Positions 23,166 through 34,469 of a stretch of DNA of 64,000 bases are shown in pieces. Both the position numbers and the translations under genes were made by a program. The DNA is from Geosiphon pyriformis uo1. Lineage: Eukaryota > Fungi > Glomeromycota. The stretch's first letter is position 1, and every line of letters starts with the position of its first letter. The notes under the pieces were generated by a model, which saw nothing but the letters and a program-made list of their open reading frames with translations, did not search any database and was not told where the DNA came from. Location of the stretch: the NCBI GenBank assembly GCA_016748015.1, contig JAAOMT010000664.1, positions 811,518-875,517 on the forward strand. The letters run 5' to 3'.

Positions 23166-26100
23166 GTGGCAGAATCAGAAATAATAGGGACAAACCATCT
23201 AGAATTTGCTAAATTTTTATTTCAACAGTACAGCCAACAATTGGGCTTAACCAACAACTATTATCCAGTAGAATCAGCTTTCAACTTTTACATCAATAAA
23301 AAAATTACCAATTTTTTTGGAAGACCAGTTGACATCAAATCAGCAAGAAAAAATTTCTATACAGAATTAATTCAACATACCAGCCACCTATGAAATCACA
23401 GTTTTGCACCAATTATCAGAGAAATTAATCAAGAAATTAAAAGATACACCCAACAACAATTTCTTATTATCTATGCAGATAAGGATAAAAAAAAGCTACA
23501 AATGCCAACAGTAACTTCAAAAGGAATACAATTACCAACATAAAAGAAACAAAGAATTAAATCTTCACTATATCCATCATATTATCACACATTTGGAAGT
23601 ATTATCAATATCACATCAGCAGGCATGTCCACATCAAACACGACATTAATATTTGGACAACTTCTATTTCAAAGTAAACAAAAGAAAACAAAGTTATTGG
23701 GAATATATGGTAATTACTTTAAAGAATTCAAATTGCAATTACTAATGCCATCAGGATTTCAATTACCACCACTCCAACCAGATTTCAGAACCACAAGTCC
23801 TTAAGAGATAATGGCATTAGAAGAAGAGGAAAAAAAGAATCAAGAATTTAATTATTAAAAACCAATTGCAGAAAATCTGGAAATTAAAACTCTGAATTTT
23901 CAAACTTCCCAAAATCAGACCAATCCAAACTCTGATATAATTAATCAATTATATTTACCTCTAATAATCAAGATCAATCTACCACCCATCCCACCAATTA
24001 CTGAACAGCAACAACAGCCACAATCACTACTCCAACAACAAGTCTAGTATTAACCACAACAACAACCAATAGTCTATGTTCCAATCACCAAAATAGAAAA
24101 GTTTATTGGTAAAGAAGATGATGTTCAAGTATGGCTTAATGATGTAGAAAAAGCCATTGCAGTCAATGGATAGAATGATAACAGAGCCCTTCAAGCAATT
24201 CCCTATTTTCTACAAGATACTACCAACTCGTGGTATCAAAGTTTAACTGCCAAACCTCAAATGTTTCAGAAATTTAAAATTGCATTTTTGGAATATTTCA
24301 GTAATAACAACAGTATTAATCACTTAGCCAATGTTTTCACCACAATCAAACAGAAAAAAACTAAAGCAGTTACTATTTACTTGGGACACTTCTACAGAAA
24401 CTTGTGCCAAATTCAAGCAATCCAAGCTGACACCACAGATCCTGAACCAATTTATCCATAGTCTGCACAGTAGCCTTCTTTAACATATATGATCACTACA
24501 TCTGACAACACTCCAAGACACAGTCACATGGGCCAGAGATTTTGAGTCAGTTAAATTAAAGGCTAATTATGCCCAAGCCATAAACCTAGTCATAAACAGA
24601 TCATCTAACTTAGATTCCAAATTAAAACAACTCAGTAATTCAATTAATCAGAAATTAGAAGGATACCTAGCTAACAATTGTGCAATTTATTAGTCATCCC
24701 AATGATGCAATAATTCTAAAAACATCAATTGCTCTCAAAATCAGTCACATCCTTCATTATTATTATCCAATCAGCTGTGACAACAAGAAATGCATATCTG
24801 CCACAACTGTGGTAAACAAGGCCATTTGAGAATTGACTGTTGCTCTTATAATAATAACCCATGATTGGAAAATCAATATTAAAACCCCAATTGCAGGTTT
24901 CAAACTCTGAATCAATACCCAAATCAGGATGAATACTTACCTAATTACACCCAAATAATACAACAGCCAATTTATTAACCACCAGTATATTAAGCTCTAA
25001 TTTATCAGCCAACAACACTTGTCATTTATCAGTCACAGCCACCAGTAATATATCAATCCCAACAAATTCAAATACTGCCACAAAACTTATCTTAAAACAG
25101 AACCCAAAGGCCAAAACTGATACAACAGAGCTGGAAATCAGCAATGGTAGTCCATCAACTAATCTCCAGTTCTTCAAACCAGTCATCAGAATCTTAACAA
25201 TAGAGTTCAAGAACTGGGTACTCTCAAAACCCGAATTTCCAGAACTATTTAAGTCTTCTAGTCACTCCAAAAAATGCCACACCCAACAAACCAGAACTCA
25301 AACAAAAACAGCCACTTACCAACAATATACTGCCAGCAACTATTACTGAAGATGAATCACTTACTGCTATTTTCTCTTTTGAACTCAAGGAACCAGTTGA
25401 AACACTACTATTCAGTGGAGCCACTCTAGAATCAAAACTCATCACTGCAATGTATACAGATGCTAAGGTTGATGGACAACACATCAAACTGATTCTAAAT
25501 AGTGGATCAGCTGGCAGTATCATTACATAACAACTTATAGACCAATTAGGTTGCCGAATTGATCATGCTGCCAGTGCCAGAATCATAACAACTAATGGAA
25601 CAACCAAAACTCCAATTGGGAAAATAGATGACTTCTCTTTTGATTATAATCTCCATTAAAGTTTTAATGATAGAAACAACTCAATATTAGGTATTAGTAG
25701 GCAACAACTGGTTGTTCAAAATCAATGCCATACTTGACTAGAACATTCAAGAACTACAGCTTAACCAAAATGGCCAAAACACATGCATGCTGGCCACTTG
25801 TGGTTATTTCAAGACCACTACCAATGACATGTCACTCATCGAATTAGAAAAAGAAGAAAAAAAGCCTATCTGGGAAGCCTACCAAGTTTTCTGAACTGAT
25901 ATTAAGCACAACAAATTACTACCAGTACTTTTCTGGGATGATAAAGGAAAAGAAAAGGAAAAAAATGCAGTAAAAGAAGACACCACCACTGAAAAAATAA
26001 CTAGTGGCTGGAAAAGATTCTACTTACACAAACTACTGAAGCAACCGCCATATATTTCACTCAAATGCCGAGATTATGACAAGAAACTTTCTTCCATGGG

Positions 26101-26829
26101 AGCTTGAATTGTGTCCAATAAAGATTACTGAACATGAACCCACTATTACTGCAAGCTATGCCACAGAGAATGGTATGGCTACCCAAAATAACAAGACAAG
26201 TGGGACAACAAATTATGTCTTACTTGTGAAAAACAATTACTTGATGAAGAAATATGAAATGACATTTTTGGATGAGGAGAAACATATAACACTTTATGCC
26301 AGTACATAATCCTTATTAGTGATTGGGTAAGTTGTGGGATTCCTATTACTACAGCCTGGCACTAAGCAATCTCTTATTTGGACAGTTACTCACATGACAA
26401 GAATGAGATCTGGCAAATGGTGAATGCCAAAGTCAAAGGAACTATGCCTAGTGAAATATTGGAAATCAAAAATAATTCTCCAGAACCAGTTAACATTATT
26501 CTCATTTCAAACTCTGATGTTTTTTTTGACATAGAAACTGATTTAAAAGAGTTTCACGAGCACTATTAGAATTTAGCACCCACAAGAGAAGAGCAGAAAC
26601 AGCATTTAAAAAAAATAAACACTTAATTATGTGACTACTGTTTGATTCCATGTGACTTCCAGTATTGTAATGAGTATGACTTTATTAACAATCCATTACC
26701 ACACATAATCTACATCATTCCAGAGAAAGACAAACCAATCAACTGCTGTGTATCAAAATCAGAATCAACTTTCAATCTTGATTTAAATTCCAACAACAAA
26801 AATAACAAAAACAATGGTTCTAGCTCCGC
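23166..26829 (+). pseudogene. gag: B3 gag-protease-Cys-rich pseudogene, continuing at 45733-45868 after element D
   Basis: AESEIIGTNHL start, CHNCGKQGHLRIDC knuckle, LILNSGSAGS protease, Cys-rich region. NNGSSSA|QYGNEN rejoins across D. Confidence 0.9.
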
Positions 26830-27805
26830 TGTTACCAAAGGTTTTTGGTCTTTTTTCTTGAATGTTGTTATTGTTGATTTGCTGTGAATTCACATTCTCA
26901 GGAAGTAGTTGAATTTATTTTCAAATTATCTTCTATAATTTAAACTACTGGACTTATAAGTAAAATAGCCAATTCCATATCAGTTGCTTGTATATAGTTA
27001 CATTGTAGTAAATATCAACTCTTTCCCAGAAATTGCCCATCTGGAAGCTTACTAATATGTATAGTTACTTTGCTGTAAAAGTCAACTCTTTTACAGGAAT
27101 CTCATCTGTAAGCTACTCTAATAATTTTGATAAAAAAGAGAAAAGAAAATAAAAAAAATGTAAAAGAAATAGAATTTTATCAAGAAAAACGTTTTTTATC
27201 CAGGCCTGAAGTCATTAACAGTTTATTGAAATTGGTAGCTAATCAATTTCAAAATGTTAGTTGTGTTGAGGGAATTTCAAATATAATAATTTAAGGATTT
27301 GGTTTTCGAATATTTAATTTTTATTTGAATATATAAAAGATGAATTGTTTTAATTAAGATATCTAAAGTAGGATGCTATGGTAAAATACTATAAGAAGAT
27401 ACATTTTCTTGAAAAGAAAAGCTCTTCTTTTATACAACTTGTTGTAGTATTAGTCTTTGAACTTGCACTTTTCTCTTTGCTACAATTTGGGTGAACTAAA
27501 GATACATTTTGGTAAACTACAAATTATTTTACTAAACTATTGATTATTTCGGCAAATTTTCATTAATTTCGGCGAATTTTCATTAATTTCGGTGAATTTT
27601 GACTATGTTAAATAGTTCAGAGTATTGTGTAATTTGATCATCTTAATTTTTAGAGTACAAATCAGATTATTGGTTGAGTAATGATATTTGATAATTTGAC
27701 TAAATAATAAGTGATAATCAAAATAATAATAATGTATGCTAATTAATAATAGAAATTATAAGAGTAATTTCATGCTAATTAATAGCTAAAATTCTACTGG
27801 TAACA
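26830..27805 (-). mobile_element. D 3' LTR (family A)
   Basis: TGTTACC...GGTAACA termini, highly similar to 44757-45728, PPT adjacent. Confidence 0.95.
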
Positions 27806-27816
27806 TAATTTCCTCC

Positions 27817-28420
27817 TCAAGACTGAGCTTTGTCAAAGTCCAAGCACTATCTGTGATATTAAGATAGTGGTCCAAGATAATTAAAGTGATCTGGTTTGAA
27901 AATTGTTGAAATTTCAGTTCTGTGAGCTTTCCAATATATTGAATTTTTATTGGATAGAATATTGGATTTTGTAGGACGTTTTCACAAGTATTAAATAAAT
28001 CATAAAGTCTAAATACTGCTCTAAGTTTGTAACGAGTGTTTGTTGATTCAGCTGCTGTTTTGAATTTATTGTGAATTTGTTTTTATATAGTCTCAGAAAT
28101 AATGTTGGTTGCTTTAAGTTCTAGTTTCCGTTTATAAAATGTTTTTCCAATATAAAAATATCTATATATAAGAATATATTTATTGTTCTGTTTATTAAAA
28201 AATAATAGAAGTTTTTGTTGAATTGTGCTATTTGGTAGAATGTTAATAGGAGCAGATAAAAGATTTTTTTTAGTGCTTGCTTCAAAAGTTTTGGTAATTG
28301 ATTTTCAGAGTAATCGCTTGTTTTTTTTCTATAGAGGTAATAGTTTTGAGAATTATTTACTATTGGGACTGTGGTTTTTTTCTGAATTTAGTTAATTTGG
28401 CTTCCATTAATCATTATGAA
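27817..28420 (-). pseudogene. D extra 3' ORF (ORF3), unknown function
   Basis: YRYFYIGKTFYKRKLEL...LRAVFRLYDLF...IQYIGKLTELKFQQF, with terminal DFDKAQS* abutting the PPT. Confidence 0.65.
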
Positions 28421-28972
28421 TAAGTCAAGAAGTATTTTCAAGACTAATATTAGTTTTTGGGATATTTGTTAAATATTTTGGGGAATAATTATAATAAAAT
28501 TGATTAATTGGTAAAGAAATTTTGAAAAAAAATAAAGAAAATTATTTTTGGGTATAGGGTTTTTATTTGTTTTTGGGTTTGAGTATTTTTGTAATTACTA
28601 TTTTTATTTTTATGTTTGTGTATTTTAAAAGAGATTATTATAAAAATGTTAAATTAAGTATTCAAGTTTGGTTGTTGTTCTATTATAACTATTGGTTCTA
28701 AATTTCAAAGAATATCTTTAGGGTTGATTAAAGAAGAATGTTGTTATGGGATGGTTTTCTTGTTATATTTAATTGCTGATATCCCGCTTTAATTGCAATC
28801 AGTCTTTCGTGAATTCCTTAGTTCTATTTGTGTGATAATGTCACTGTTACACTGAAGGCTTTCTTTTTACTGTTGTGATGTAAGTTATTCTTTAATTCTT
28901 GATTGTTGTGTGTGTTTATGTACTCCCTCTCAGAGGCTGAACTGAAATCTACCCACTGTCTGGGGTCTTCTC

Positions 28973-29216
28973 NNNNNNNNNNNNNNNNNNNNNNNNNNNN
29001 NNNNNNNNNNNNNNNNNNNNNNNNNNNNNNNNNNNNNNNNNNNNNNNNNNNNNNNNNNNNNNNNNNNNNNNNNNNNNNNNNNNNNNNNNNNNNNNNNNNN
29101 NNNNNNNNNNNNNNNNNNNNNNNNNNNNNNNNNNNNNNNNNNNNNNNNNNNNNNNNNNNNNNNNNNNNNNNNNNNNNNNNNNNNNNNNNNNNNNNNNNNN
29201 NNNNNNNNNNNNNNNN
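28973..29216. other. Assembly gap (N run) inside the C 3' LTR
   Basis: Run of n. Confidence 1.
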
Positions 29217-29375
29217 CTATATTATGATTGAATAGTTTGTATTATTTTTATGATTCTTTTTGCTAAATTCTTAAACCATAACATTATCTCCTCCTTTCAA
29301 GATTGAGCTCCGTCAAAATCGAAGTTAATTTCTTCATTAAATTCTAAGTTACTATAGTGGTTCAATACTGTGTTA

Positions 29376-30641
29376 TTAATTTGTTGAAGTGAGTTCACAG
29401 TAGAGGGCGATTTCTGGGAAATTTAGAATTTCTTGTGGTGTTGACGCGTTTTCTAGCTCCGTTCCGAAGTATCCAATGATGGTATCTTCCAGAATGTAGA
29501 CGGGTTCTTCTGTGGTGTTTGCGATAGGAATTTTTATCCATTGAGCTTTATCAACTGGAATAAAAAGGTTAGTAAGTCCTATGAGAAACTGTTGGCAAGT
29601 TTCTGGGTAGGGCTCAATTATTAGGTTTTTTTCTTTAATTGTCCTTTTTATTCTTATTTCTGATTTTCCATATGATAGGAGCGTGATGGACCGCTCAATT
29701 TTTATTATTTCGCCTTTTTCCTCTATTGTTTCAGCAAAATTTGCTTCAATTCCTTTTCCTGTCGATCCGAAACCAAAAGTTCCTCTCATTGTTTGTGACA
29801 ATTCCTCACAATTTTCTACTGGCACGAATTTCCCAATTTTTACCAATGATAGGAAAATTGCTTGTGCAATCTTTTCCTTAGATTCAATGATATAAGGCTT
29901 TTCTGAATTGTTCTGTAGCAAAACCATCAAATTTCCAGTGTATCTGGAGTCAATTACTCCTCCTTGAACGCTTATTCCTTTTTTTGCAAGGCTTGATCGC
30001 GACGCCATTTGAACCATTATTCCTGGCGGAATTTCAACCGCTATTTTTAGGTCGATTTTGGTAATACTCCTGGGTGGTAATGTTGTGGATTGGTCTTCTG
30101 GATAACGTAGATCGAATCCGGCGTCGGTTGGATGGGCTCTTTTGGGTATTATTCCTAAGTGCCTGTTGTCGAAGTATCGGATGTCGGTCACCTGTTCTAG
30201 GTCGGTATAGGCTACAAATTTTTCTGACTCGGGACCGTCAGGTGAGTCTTGTTGATTTATTGATTGATTTTGAGACTGCTGATTCTCAATTTCCATTTTT
30301 CTTTCTAAGTCCCTTTCGTCTTGACACTCTTCACAGCACTGACTTTGGCACGGGATGAGACAGTTTTTGCAGAGGTAAGTGTTAATTTGGGCGAGGTATT
30401 GTTCTTGCTCTTGTCGAGTGGGGCATAGTTGTTGGTAGTAGTCCTGGAATTTGTCCACTGGGTCAAACATGTTGTAGCTGGCGACTTCGTTGGCTACTTT
30501 GGCTGACTCTTTCCAACGTCGTATTTCTTTGGCGGTTCCTCCTCTTATTTTGGCTTGTGTGGTGTTGTACAACTCGTCCTCGTCGTGTGAATAGTGCTGT
30601 AGTCTTTTTAACGCTCTGTTGAATGCTGCTTCGAATGGCAT
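29376..30641 (-). CDS. dut: Retrotransposon dUTPase-containing ORF of element C (end of Cys-rich domain, dUTPase, beta-rich spacer)
   Basis: All five trimeric dUTPase motifs present: AGFDL, RSSLA, GVIDSRYTG, KIAQAI, RGTFGFGSTG. It is part of the gag-pro polyprotein frame, separated by nonsense mutations. Confidence 0.9.
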   Translation of the reverse strand: MPFEAAFNRALKRLQHYSHDEDELYNTTQAKIRGGTAKEIRRWKESAKVANEVASYNMFDPVDKFQDYYQQLCPTRQEQEQYLAQINTYLCKNCLIPCQSQCCEECQDERDLERKMEIENQQSQNQSINQQDSPDGPESEKFVAYTDLEQVTDIRYFDNRHLGIIPKRAHPTDAGFDLRYPEDQSTTLPPRSITKIDLKIAVEIPPGIMVQMASRSSLAKKGISVQGGVIDSRYTGNLMVLLQNNSEKPYIIESKEKIAQAIFLSLVKIGKFVPVENCEELSQTMRGTFGFGSTGKGIEANFAETIEEKGEIIKIERSITLLSYGKSEIRIKRTIKEKNLIIEPYPETCQQFLIGLTNLFIPVDKAQWIKIPIANTTEEPVYILEDTIIGYFGTELENASTPQEILNFPEIALYCELTSTN

Positions 30642-31097
30642 TCCTCCTCTTACCCAGTTACAGATGAGGATCGTGTATTGGCAAGTTGCGTCACATGTTC
30701 CTTCTCTGCCTGGTAAGTCGTTCCAGTCACACCCTCTTGGTAACGGTTCTCCACAAACAAGGCACGGTTCCTCGTCCTATTTTCTGTGTCTTTCTGGGTA
30801 ACCGTATTTTTTTTTGTTACAACGGTTACAATAGTAGTGGGTGGGGTTTCTTGGGTCTTCATCCGGTGCGCTGCACGCAGTCATAGACAAGAGTTTCTTC
30901 TTGCAAACTGAGCATTCTAGCTTTGGTCTGCGTCGCTGGTGGTTTCTTCGTGAACTTACCTGGTTCCATTCGGATCTTTCTTTGCTGGTCTACGTTGGTA
31001 CAGCTGGTAGTCCTGTTCTTTGGTCATCAGCCCAAGAGAGCTGATAGGTTTCGATGGCTGGTAGTGCTGGATTTTCTTCAAATTCGAAAGTAGGTCT

Positions 31098-33446
31098 TTA
31101 GTTGGCGCTGGGTTTTTGGAAGTGGCCACAGGTGGCTGGAATTTTGGCCTGGTGGCCATTATAATTGATCAGAAGCTCTTGGGTGATCCAGTCTAGGGTG
31201 GCGTTGGCTTTTGTTAGCCAGTCATTCCCTACTAACACTTGATATTGTGTAGCGTCCATTACTAATACTTTTGTAGGTATTACTATGCCGTTAATTTCGA
31301 AAGGGAATGAGTCGATTTCGCCATAAGGCAGCTTTGTACTTCCATCGGCTGTTATGATTTGGGACGTCGTGGCACGATCAACTTTGAAACCCAGTTGGTT
31401 TACTAGTTGAAGTGTTACAATGCTTCCAGCGGATCTACTGTCTAAGATAAGTTTGATTGGGGTATTGTTTACAGTGGCTTCCATATACATAGCAGTGATT
31501 GGGCGTTTTTTGTTCAATGCTGCTCCACTGAACATAGCCTCGTTTTCCTCTAATTCAAAAGGAAAAATAGCTGCGAGGCTGCTATCTTCAGTGGCAACTG
31601 CTGGTGGTATTGTCTGGCTCAATTTGGAGGAATTTTTGGTTCTGTTTATGTTTCTACCGTTATTGTTTTCGATGATCAGGTTTTCCGGTATATTAAGGTA
31701 AGTTTGTTGATAATTTTGGTAGTTTGGATTGGTTTGCTGATTGGTTCCGGCGCGGTTTGGATTCCTTTGGACCAACGCATTCTGGTTCCACATGGGCTGA
31801 TTTCGGGCCTCAGGACGCCAATTCGGGTTGGCTATCATGGGCTGTTGCTGGTAAGCTCCTTGATTTTGATATGTAGTGGGATATTGGCGTGGTATTGGCG
31901 TGTACTGGTTTCTGGGCATTTGGGGTGGCGCGTAGTAATTATTTTTGCGTGCTTCCTGCATCATTCGCGTTTGACATTGACTAATCAAATGTCCTACGCG
32001 TTCGCAAAAATGGCAGGCGCGTGTTTCTGTTCTGAATTCCTGGCGCGACGAGCGATTATTTCGACTGTTGCTGACTTCCTGGCTGCGTCTTTGGGGTGGT
32101 TGGTATGTATTTTTTCTCGGATCCGGGATGAGGTAACTTTCTATTTTCTTAGAGAGTTCCTCCCCTAATTGCGTTACTCTTTTTTCTAATGTTTCTGTCT
32201 TATTTTCCTCCATTACCATGTTAACCATTTGACTATGGTTAGCTTCTTTCTCAGCCGATTCAAGGGCTCTGGCGAGTGTAACAACTTCTGGTAAGAAATT
32301 AGGGTGGACAGGGCATACTCTTCCTAAAATGCTGCTTTTTAATCCTCTAATAAACTGATTTAAAACTTGAGGATCAGTGTAGTATCCTTGTTCAATCACT
32401 TCAATCTGACGGCAAATTCGATTGAATCGAGCAAGGTATTGGGTAACAGTTTCACCGGTATTTTGCTTGATAGTATTGAATTCGTTCTGTAATTGGATTA
32501 CGGCGTTTGGATCGCTAAAATACTCCAGGAGTGCATTTTTAAATTCGGCAAAGCTCGTGGGTTTTGTTTCTAGGCTTTGATACCACAAGTCGGCTGTGCC
32601 TTTCAGGAAGAAAGGTAATGTTTGAATTGCTCTTTGGTCATTCCAGTTATTTGCCTGGATGGCTTTTTGTGCTTCTCTGAGCCATGTGTGCACGTCCATT
32701 TCTTCTTCCTCTCCTGAGAAATCTGTTAGTCTTGCAATGTATGGTGTGGTCATTTCATTGCCATTTTCTGCTAGTGGGTTTATTGGTCTAAGAGAAGATG
32801 GGATGATATTTCCTTGAGCGTTCCTAAAGGTGGCTTCCCTTATATCTGGTTCTTCCTCTTGATCATGAGTTTCTTGGTTTCTGAACTGGCTGCTTGTTCC
32901 AGTGACTGGTCTTGTGATTGTTTTTTCGCTGGTCTCTTTTTCGGATTCCGATTCAGACTCCTCTTCACGGTTTTCAAACCCCGTTCTAAATTTTGGCTGA
33001 AAAAGAGGGTTTTGGAATAGTAATGAATATCCTCCTGTAATTGGTATGTCTCCCCAGTTATGTTGTTTAATTTTATCAATATAACTAGGAGTTCTTGGCG
33101 TTTGTGGAGTTGATGTTGATGATGATGCAGCTCCTAATGGAATTTGTATCTTATTTTCTGGTAAAAAATGGTATGATTTATCTTCTGGTGAATAAATACG
33201 TTGTTTCTTTATTGATTGAGTGACAGTTTTCTTTGGCATTTGAGCTGGTGTTCCTAGTTTTTGCTGGTTACTTTTCTGATTAGTTTCTAAATTTTCTTTG
33301 GTTTTGTTGGCGCGTTCCCTAGTGTTTCCTGTGGATATTGGAAAATTTTCGTTGGCATATTGCTCAATTTCTCGATGGATTTTGACAATAGTTGCGGCTA
33401 TTACTGCTACTTCTTTTGTAGTGTATTGTGATAATTCTCTATACAA
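31098..33446 (-). CDS. gag: Element C Gag-aspartic protease polyprotein (N-terminus disrupted by the A2 insertion)
   Basis: 782-aa ORF with a retrotransposon gag domain (LQNEFNTIKQ...ETVTQY...QFIRGL), CHFCERVGHLISQC knuckle and LILDSRSAGS (DSG changed to DSR). The frame extends to 33591 and to 36800-36840. Confidence 0.9.
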   Translation of the reverse strand: MYRELSQYTTKEVAVIAATIVKIHREIEQYANENFPISTGNTRERANKTKENLETNQKSNQQKLGTPAQMPKKTVTQSIKKQRIYSPEDKSYHFLPENKIQIPLGAASSSTSTPQTPRTPSYIDKIKQHNWGDIPITGGYSLLFQNPLFQPKFRTGFENREEESESESEKETSEKTITRPVTGTSSQFRNQETHDQEEEPDIREATFRNAQGNIIPSSLRPINPLAENGNEMTTPYIARLTDFSGEEEEMDVHTWLREAQKAIQANNWNDQRAIQTLPFFLKGTADLWYQSLETKPTSFAEFKNALLEYFSDPNAVIQLQNEFNTIKQNTGETVTQYLARFNRICRQIEVIEQGYYTDPQVLNQFIRGLKSSILGRVCPVHPNFLPEVVTLARALESAEKEANHSQMVNMVMEENKTETLEKRVTQLGEELSKKIESYLIPDPRKNTYQPPQRRSQEVSNSRNNRSSRQEFRTETRACHFCERVGHLISQCQTRMMQEARKNNYYAPPQMPRNQYTPIPRQYPTTYQNQGAYQQQPMIANPNWRPEARNQPMWNQNALVQRNPNRAGTNQQTNPNYQNYQQTYLNIPENLIIENNNGRNINRTKNSSKLSQTIPPAVATEDSSLAAIFPFELEENEAMFSGAALNKKRPITAMYMEATVNNTPIKLILDSRSAGSIVTLQLVNQLGFKVDRATTSQIITADGSTKLPYGEIDSFPFEINGIVIPTKVLVMDATQYQVLVGNDWLTKANATLDWITQELLINYNGHQAKIPATCGHFQKPSAN

Positions 33447-34289
33447 TCCAAGTTTTGCGTCGTGTGGTTCTTCTTCCTTTCCTATATGATAATTTATTCT
33501 GGCATTGATATAATAAGTGAGGGCAGATTCTGCTGGACAACACCCTTCTGGTAATCCAAGATCACTTTGATTTTGTGTGTAAATAGCACGGTGTTACCGG
33601 AGGTTTTTGGTCTCTTTTCTTGAAGGTTGTGGTGTTGTTTTGCTGTTTTATTCACGACTAGAGGAAGTAGTTGAACCTTCGATAACTGAATTTATCTTCA
33701 AATTATCTCCTATAATTTGAACCGCTGGGCTTATAAGTGGAATGGCCAATTCCGTGCCAGTTACTTTATGTAGTTACGTTGTAGTAAACGTCAACTCTTT
33801 CCCAGGAATTGCTCGTCTGGAAGCTCACTAAAAATGTGTAGTTACTTTGCTGTGAAAGTCAACTCTTCTACAGGAATCTCGTCTGTAGGCTACCTAAATG
33901 ATTATGATAAGAAAAGAAAGAGAAAAATAAAAGAAACGTAAAGAAATAGAATTTTGTCAAGGAAACGTTTTCTATCCAGGCCTGGAGTCATTAACAGATT
34001 ACTGAAATTGGTAGCTAATCAATTTCAAAATGTTAGTTGTGTTTGAGAGAATTTCAAGTGTAATAATCAAAGGATTTGGTTTTCGAATATTTAATTTTTA
34101 TTTGAGATATGTAAAAAGTGATTTGTTCTAATTAAGATACCTAAAGTAAGATACTATGGTAAGATATGAGAAGATACATTTTCTTGAAGAGAGAAGCTCT
34201 TCTTTTATACAACTTGTTGTAGTACTAGTCTTTGAACTTGCACTTTTTCTCTTTTCTAGAATTTCGGTGAACTAAAAATACATTTCGGC

Positions 34290-34469
34290 NNNNNNNNNNN
34301 NNNNNNNNNNNNNNNNNNNNNNNNNNNNNNNNNNNNNNNNNNNNNNNNNNNNNNNNNNNNNNNNNNNNNNNNNNNNNNNNNNNNNNNNNNNNNNNNNNNN
34401 NNNNNNNNNNNNNNNNNNNNNNNNNNNNNNNNNNNNNNNNNNNNNNNNNNNNNNNNNNNNNNNNNNNNN
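34290..34469. other. Assembly gap (N run)
   Basis: Run of n. Confidence 1.

Noticed and set aside
31090-31110. Programmed frameshift or readthrough at the end of the C gag-PR ORF
   Set aside because: The downstream sequence continues in the same frame and the A/B copies read through here, so the TAA is most simply a CAA>TAA mutation.
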